A stretch of 24,000 nt of DNA. Source: Streptococcus phage Javan565. Position numbers and translations under genes: made by a program. The notes under the pieces are model-generated. The model worked only from the letters and a program-made list of their open reading frames with translations. It did not search any database and was not told the origin of the DNA. The stretch lies in the sequence record MK448806.1; one strand, written 5' to 3'. Shown here in pieces: positions 23,336-24,000 of the stretch (position 1 is its first letter; each line of letters starts with the position of its first letter).

Positions 23336-23680
23336 ATGGCAAAACTTGAATTAACATTACATGGCGAGAACGGCTATGAAAAAGTGATTAGGGAGAACTA
23401 TGTTTCTGGCCAGAAGTTGCTGGATTATCTGAAAATGCTTGAAGAATTCGAGAAGAAATCTGGCAAGATGACTGCTTATGATTTTATCACTAGGAAAGTG
23501 GAATTTTTAGCTAGTTTGTTCACTGCAGAAGTGGTTAGTCCTGAGGATATTCTGAAAGGTGTTCCGTCTTGGGATTTGGTTCGGACTGTTGACGATTTGC
23601 TGGATAAGGCGATGGGAGCAAAGGGTGATGACCCAAAGCTAGAAAGCTCTCTCTCAAAGAAACTAGAGACAGATACCTAA
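23336..23680 (+). CDS. Tail assembly chaperone (gpG analog)
   Basis: MAKLELTLHGENGYEKVIRENYVSGQKLLDYLKMLEEFEKKSG...; position between major tail and tape measure. Confidence 0.85.
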   Translation: MAKLELTLHGENGYEKVIRENYVSGQKLLDYLKMLEEFEKKSGKMTAYDFITRKVEFLASLFTAEVVSPEDILKGVPSWDLVRTVDDLLDKAMGAKGDDPKLESSLSKKLETDT

Positions 23681-23841
23681 CGTTTGTTAGAGACTTGGTA
23701 GCTAGTCAGTCGGGCTTTTCTCTAAGCGATGTTTTGGAGGCTGATTTTGAAACTCTTTTGTCTATTTTATCAGCCAAGACGGAAGAAAAAGAAGAAGTCA
23801 TGAGCATGGAAATGTTTATGAATCAATGTTCGATCAAATAG
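23336..23841 (+). CDS. gpGT-type frameshift product of tail chaperone
   Basis: In-frame slippery C CCA AAG at 23632-23638; the -1 frame is open to TAG 23839-23841: ...ARKLSLKETRDRYLTFVRDLVASQSGFSLSDVLEADFETLLSILSAKTEEKEEVMSMEMFMNQCSIK. Confidence 0.8.
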
Positions 23842-23850
23842 GAGGACAGA

Positions 23851-24000
23851 ATGGCGGGTAATGGTACTCCATTAGGACAAATGGTCATTGAGTTGAATCT
23901 GGACGCTACGAAAATGGGCGACTCTATGACTCGTGTAAAAAATCAGCTCAAGAATTTTGAAAAGCAAGTGAGGGCTCAAAAAGGTCTTTCTGATTATTAC
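23851..24000 (+). CDS. Tape measure protein (start; truncated by window edge)
   Basis: AGGAGGACAG ATG; MAGNGTPLGQMVIELNLDATKMGDSMTRVKNQLKNFEKQVRAQKGLSDYY, typical tape measure N-terminus. Confidence 0.9.
   Translation, partial: MAGNGTPLGQMVIELNLDATKMGDSMTRVKNQLKNFEKQVRAQKGLSDYY

Noticed and set aside
1-24000. CRISPR array, transposon, retron or DGR
   Set aside because: No regularly spaced repeats, transposase/IS ends, reverse transcriptase or template/variable repeat pair noticed in the translations or sequence.

Overview
The window holds the early-to-middle part of a temperate siphophage or prophage, probably from a streptococcus (host is my inference from gene style). Order: truncated CI-like repressor (- strand, 5' edge), Cro/XRE-like regulator, many small early genes, a DnaD-like replisome organizer, an N6-adenine MTase, a C5-cytosine MTase that looks 3'-truncated, SSB, a lipoprotein, a catalytic-domain-only tyrosine recombinase, a sigma-region-4-like late regulator, a minus-strand accessory island (about 11.27-13.75 kb), HNH, a candidate cos region, TerS (P27-like), TerL, a structured ~0.8 kb non-coding gap followed by tRNA-Phe(GAA) and tRNA-Trp(CCA), then portal, ClpP-like protease, capsid, connectors, major tail protein, tail chaperone with a -1 frameshift, and the start of the tape measure gene. 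Most noteworthy: (1) the noncoding unit at about 16.8-17.87 kb, bounded by two terminator-like hairpins and next to two tRNAs, whose size and setting recall the GOLLD/ROOL class of giant phage RNAs; (2) the minus-strand island driven by two sigma70-like promoters that each carry the same 20-bp palindromic operator in the spacer, the second followed by an attenuator-like terminator and a possible counter-transcribed small RNA; (3) a dcm/yopX-like deletion scar with a long overlapping +1 frame; (4) MRPKRYPY-leader small proteins. All assignments come from reading the sequence and motifs; no searches or folding software were run.
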